From: Paludibacteraceae bacterium
GTDB lineage: Bacteria; Bacteroidota; Bacteroidia; Bacteroidales; Paludibacteraceae
Assembly (NCBI GenBank): GCA_045614865.1
Contig: JAZLDS010000002.1
Span: forward strand, 4,252 to 68,251
Reading direction: 5' to 3'
Length of the DNA: 64,000 nt
The position numbers and the translations under genes were made by a program. The notes beneath the pieces are model-generated. The model was not told the origin of the DNA. It saw nothing but the letters and a program-made list of their open reading frames with translations, and searched no databases. Each line of letters opens with the position of its first letter. Within the stretch, counting starts at the first letter, position 1. Shown here in pieces: positions 60,486-64,000 of the stretch.

Positions 60486-61182
60486 TCTTGCTCTCAAAGT
60501 CGGCTTCGATGCTTGTGGCATAGCACCTGTGCGTCGATTAGATGACGATGCGCTATTCATGGATCGTTGGATTCAACAAGGATTACATGGCAACATGGAC
60601 TACTTGGAGCGCAACTGTGAGAAGAGATACGATCCATCCCTCTTAGTGTCTGGTGCACAGTCGGTACTAGTGTGTCTGCTGACCTTTGAGAAATCGGGTA
60701 GAGATTATCATAGGCGCGTAAAATCATTGCTTTATACACTTGAAGCAAAGCTAAAAGAGGCGTTTGGAGATGACATTGTTTCGCAAACGCACCAACATAT
60801 TTTTTGCGACTCAGCTCCTATGCTTGAACGGCGTTGGTGTGTTGAAGCTGGATTAGGGTTTATTGGAAAAAATCACCAATTCATCCATCCTAAATTCGGA
60901 AGTTTGGTACATCCTGGAGAAATACTCTTGAATGTACCTATCAACTCCGATACCACCTCGTTATCACCCAAAAGGGAATTCGAAGAGATACCCGAATTAT
61001 TATCGGGGATTGACGAGTCCATAGGCACACGCTGCGCTGATTGCCAATTATGTCTCGAAGCATGCCCTACTGGGGCTCTGCGAAACGAACTATGGAACGC
61101 AACACAATGTATAGCATATACTACGCATCATTGCTTGGAATGTCAGCTTGTCTGTCCATATAACCACCATGATATTAATTGA
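60457..61182 (+). CDS. queG: epoxyqueuosine reductase QueG (short form; start codon uncertain)
   Basis: LALKVGFDACGIAPV, GRDYH, DSAPMLERRWCVEAGLGFIGKN, CADCQLCLEACPTGAL and CLECQLVCPYN. The only in-frame ATGs lie more than 100 nt upstream, inside the preceding gene. TTG 60457 is my guess; the ORF-track start 60334 is unlikely. Confidence 0.65.
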   Translation: MKPTSINICDLALKVGFDACGIAPVRRLDDDALFMDRWIQQGLHGNMDYLERNCEKRYDPSLLVSGAQSVLVCLLTFEKSGRDYHRRVKSLLYTLEAKLKEAFGDDIVSQTHQHIFCDSAPMLERRWCVEAGLGFIGKNHQFIHPKFGSLVHPGEILLNVPINSDTTSLSPKREFEEIPELLSGIDESIGTRCADCQLCLEACPTGALRNELWNATQCIAYTTHHCLECQLVCPYNHHDIN

Positions 61183-61197
61183 TAAAAATAAACTATA

Positions 61198-61638
61198 ATG
61201 AAAAATCTCAAACTCGGAATTGCGTCTGACCATGCTGGTTTTGCGCTCAAACAAACTGTTATTGATTGGCTTACGGAGCAAGGTGTACAAGTAACCGACT
61301 ATGGTTGTCCTTCTACAGACAGCTGCGATTACCCTGATTTTGCTCACCCAATGGCAACATCCGTAGAGGATGGTACCAATGATTTCGGTATCGCCATTTG
61401 TTCTACGGGTAATGGCATTACGATGACTTGTAACCACCACCAAGCTATCCGTGCTGCACTCTGCTGGGATGAACCTTTAGCAGCTCTTGCACGTCAACAC
61501 AACAATGCCAACGTCCTTGGATTACCTGCTAACTATATTTCTGCAGAGAAAGCCCTTGAATTGGTAAAAATATTTCTCACCACCGAGTTTGAAGGTGGCC
61601 GACACGAGCGCCGTGTTAATAAGATTGCTTGCAAGTAG
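61198..61638 (+). CDS. rpiB: ribose-5-phosphate isomerase B
   Basis: LGIASDHAGF..CSTGNGI..NVLGLPA..FEGGRHERRV are typical of RpiB/LacAB. Confidence 0.9.
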   Translation: MKNLKLGIASDHAGFALKQTVIDWLTEQGVQVTDYGCPSTDSCDYPDFAHPMATSVEDGTNDFGIAICSTGNGITMTCNHHQAIRAALCWDEPLAALARQHNNANVLGLPANYISAEKALELVKIFLTTEFEGGRHERRVNKIACK

Positions 61639-61651
61639 GATTTTCAACCAA

Positions 61652-62656
61652 TTGCGTTGTTGGACTAGTTACGCACTATCTCATCTTGGGGTAGTGCGTG
61701 TCCGTCATCTACCTACCTTTGTCAGCGTTGAGCCTGCCAATTTTTGTCAACTTCGATGCCCCGAATGTCCTGTGGGAAGATGGAATAAGGAACTGCGAGA
61801 TAAGACAAAAGACTCATCAGCTTCAATCGAACTAGCAAAAGCAAAAAATACGATGAGTATGGAGATGTTTGCTAGAATACTGCAGCAAGTGCAGGCGACT
61901 GCTCATACGATCCAGTTTTATTTCCAGGGAGAACCTTTGCTCAATCGACTGCTACCAGAGATGATTGCTGCCGCACATAAACTTGGGCTTTATACAATTG
62001 TTTCTACCAATGCACAGGCGCTAAACCAACTTATGGCACAAGCGCTCATTAAAAGTGGGCTCAACCGTATTATTGTTTCAATCGACGGATTCTCCGAGGA
62101 GTCATATGCAGCCTACAGAACAGGAGGAAGTCTTGAAAAAGCATTGGAGGGATTGCATTTCTTGTACGAGACCAAAACGCAATATCGAAGCCATATTCGT
62201 ATTGAATTGCAAGTTCTTCGACTCAAAACCAACGAGCACGAATGGCAATGGATCAAGAAGAACTACAAGAAACTCGGGGCTACACATCTGGTGTTCAAGA
62301 CTGCTCAACTCTATGATTTTGAGCATGGTCATCCTCTTATACCTACTGATGAGCGATATTCTCGCTACAAGAAAATTGCGGATAATACCTATGTGCACAA
62401 AAAAAATAGAATTCAAAATTCAAAATTCTTAATTCCACATACCCCTTGCCTTCGCCTTTTCTCTGGCTGTGTGATCACTACCAACGGTGATGTACTTCCT
62501 TGCTGTTATGATAAAGAGCATCGTTATTCGTATGGCAACATCGCGGAACAATCGTTGTTAGACTTATTTCACTCTACTAAGGCGAATGCGTTGCGTCAGT
62601 GCGTATTGTTGCAAAACAATGCTGTACCCGAAATGTGTAAAAATTGTGATCGTTGA
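61652..62656 (+). CDS. radical SAM protein with SPASM-like C-terminal domain (start codon uncertain)
   Basis: CQLRCPEC (CxxxCxxC) and the C-terminal Cys cluster CLRLFSGC..LPCCYD..MCKNC. No ATG precedes the Cys motif; candidates are TTG 61589, TTG 61652 and GTG 61694. Confidence 0.7.
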   Translation: MRCWTSYALSHLGVVRVRHLPTFVSVEPANFCQLRCPECPVGRWNKELRDKTKDSSASIELAKAKNTMSMEMFARILQQVQATAHTIQFYFQGEPLLNRLLPEMIAAAHKLGLYTIVSTNAQALNQLMAQALIKSGLNRIIVSIDGFSEESYAAYRTGGSLEKALEGLHFLYETKTQYRSHIRIELQVLRLKTNEHEWQWIKKNYKKLGATHLVFKTAQLYDFEHGHPLIPTDERYSRYKKIADNTYVHKKNRIQNSKFLIPHTPCLRLFSGCVITTNGDVLPCCYDKEHRYSYGNIAEQSLLDLFHSTKANALRQCVLLQNNAVPEMCKNCDR

Positions 62657-62661
62657 AAAAT

Positions 62662-63345
62662 ATGAAAGAAATACTCAACTTTTTAACGGAATTAGCGTGC
62701 AATAACAACCGCGAATGGTTTAATGAGCACAAAGATTGGTATATACGTTGCAACCAGCAGTTTGAGCTCTTTACGGCTCAATGGCTGGAGCGATTGGTGG
62801 AGATGGATCCCGAGATGAAGGCGCTTACACCTAAGGATTGTATTTGGCGCATTTATCGTGATGTGCGTTTCTCGCATGACAAACGTCCGTTCAAAGAGTG
62901 GTTTGGGGCTTTCCCTGCAGTAAAAGGTGGCAAGAAAAGCGATAGAGGTGGATTTTACGTGCATTTGCAACCAGGAAAGTGTCTATTTGCAGGAGGTATA
63001 TGGTGCCCAAATAAGGATCTACTTCATGCCTTGCGTCGCGAAGTGTTGGCGAACTATGATGAGGTTGAAGAACTATTTGCTAATCCGCAAGTAAGCAAGT
63101 ATTTTCAAGATTTCGATACCGATCAAATGCTTAAGAAAGTGCCTCAGGGTTTTCCGTCTGACTTCCTGCATGCTGACTGGTTAAAGCGCAAGGCCTATAC
63201 GTTCTCTACTCCGCTGACCGATGAGCAAGTCTGTGCGCCTGATTTTTTGGATCTTGTGACTGATATCTCCCGTGCCGCTAAACCTATCAATGATTTTCTC
63301 AATTATACCTTTGAGGAATACGGCGAGTTCCCAGATAGGAGGTAG
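62662..63345 (+). CDS. DUF2461 (TIGR02453) family protein
   Basis: NNNREWFNEHKDWY and IYRDVRFSHDKRPFK are typical of DUF2461. ATG 62662 is preferred over TTG 62653. Confidence 0.75.
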   Translation: MKEILNFLTELACNNNREWFNEHKDWYIRCNQQFELFTAQWLERLVEMDPEMKALTPKDCIWRIYRDVRFSHDKRPFKEWFGAFPAVKGGKKSDRGGFYVHLQPGKCLFAGGIWCPNKDLLHALRREVLANYDEVEELFANPQVSKYFQDFDTDQMLKKVPQGFPSDFLHADWLKRKAYTFSTPLTDEQVCAPDFLDLVTDISRAAKPINDFLNYTFEEYGEFPDRR

Positions 63346-63457
63346 TTGATAGGTTAATAAAGTGGTAAAATGCTTCACGTTTCACTTTCGTGTTTCATTT
63401 CCAGGTCATGTTCCGCGAGCGAACCGATTACATGAGTAATTATAGTACATTCTGCAC

Positions 63458-63487
63458 AAAAAAAAACAGCCCGAAAGCTGTTTTTTT
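63458..63487. terminator. bidirectional terminator between the DUF2461 gene and htpG
   Basis: A9-ACAGC-CCGAAA-GCTGT-T7. Confidence 0.7.
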
Positions 63488-63530
63488 ATTCTTCAGATAT
63501 CTTCCGACCCATTTGAATGTCTTGATATCC

Positions 63531-64000
63531 TTAGAGCAATTCTACGGAGCGGTTGACGAATTTCGCGAGCGCTTCGCCTTTAAGTTGACCAGCCGCTAAC
63601 ATGGCAATGTCAATGAGCTGATGAATCTTCTCAGAAGATGTTGCATAGGCCGCATATTGCTCTTTTAACTGCATCTTCAATGCGGCTAGTTCCTTTGTAA
63701 CGTTGGTTACTGCATCTTTCTCCTCTTGGGTGAGATCGGCTTCTTTTTTACCCTTCTGTGCTTCTTGCAAAGTAGTTTCCTCTACTTTCTTAATGGCAAT
63801 CTGCTCCAAAAGTGGTTTAACACCTGCCTCACAAGCATTATTGATATCTGCCAAAAGGCTCATTACTTTCTCATTGGCAGTATTAATCACCAAATTATAT
63901 TGGTCTGGCATATTGCCATAGAATGCCATGCCTTGTTGGTGGGCGGACATCTCCTTCATGCGGCGCATAAACTCGTTTTGCGTAAGGAAAACAGGGAGTG
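63531..64000 (-). CDS. htpG: molecular chaperone HtpG (Hsp90), C-terminal part; gene continues past the window end
   Basis: The reading frame is open to position 64000. The C-terminal LKGEALAKFVNRSVELL and YNLVINTANEKV resemble the HtpG C-terminal domain. Confidence 0.6.
   Translation of the reverse strand, partial: LPVFLTQNEFMRRMKEMSAHQQGMAFYGNMPDQYNLVINTANEKVMSLLADINNACEAGVKPLLEQIAIKKVEETTLQEAQKGKKEADLTQEEKDAVTNVTKELAALKMQLKEQYAAYATSSEKIHQLIDIAMLAAGQLKGEALAKFVNRSVELL

Overview
This 64-kb window looks like a Bacteroidota chromosome, probably Prevotellaceae-like. That call rests on TAnnTTTG -7 promoter boxes upstream of most transcription units, a PorW/SprE-like T9SS lipoprotein, a T9SS C-terminal-domain cargo protein and general gene content. 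It is pattern recognition only; no searches were run. The window has three parts.

(1) 1-12287 is an AT-rich accessory region with all genes on the minus strand.
- It begins with a six-gene cassette array: DUF4143 ATPase, two membrane proteins, an HNH endonuclease, a GIY-YIG endonuclease and a DUF2075 nuclease-helicase. Every gene junction in this array carries the same two-part non-coding repeat.
- It continues with a winged-helix gene overlapping a nucleotidyltransferase-metallophosphoesterase fusion (AbiE-like layout), a Bro-N protein, and a HIRAN gene followed by a tiny acidic ORF.
- Two non-coding gaps of about 0.6 kb each are full of repeats and palindromes.

(2) 12288-18350 and 28404-64000 are core genes.
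- Functions include peptidoglycan-peptide recycling (NlpC/P60 plus dipeptide epimerase), malQ, phoH, recO, rpsT and rpsP.
- A five-gene glycosyltransferase/Wzy operon, an OPT transporter, sufB and an RNase II/R-family enzyme follow.
- The remainder includes rlmI, a UvrD-like helicase, a PyrK-GltD fusion, ttcA, queG, rpiB, a radical SAM/SPASM protein and a partial htpG.
- There are six tRNAs: Met/CAT, Glu, Cys, Gly, Leu and Leu.

(3) 18305-28403 is a 10.1-kb integrative element inserted in the 3' half of the tRNA(CAT) gene.
- It is bounded by a perfect 51-bp direct repeat.
- It carries a tyrosine integrase, an Xis-like gene, an XRE regulator, a serine recombinase and a possible Rep_trans-like initiator.
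- Its cargo is a fused Type IIG (MmeI/Eco57I-like) restriction-modification enzyme, closely followed (7-nt gap) by an unusual double-SIS plus double-HTH protein.

The best candidates for undescribed biology are the wHTH + NTase-phosphoesterase pair, the Type IIG + double-SIS/HTH pair, the junction-repeat cassette array, and a 71-bp repeat whose hairpin shows compensatory changes. All family assignments come from motifs read by eye and need HMM or structure confirmation.
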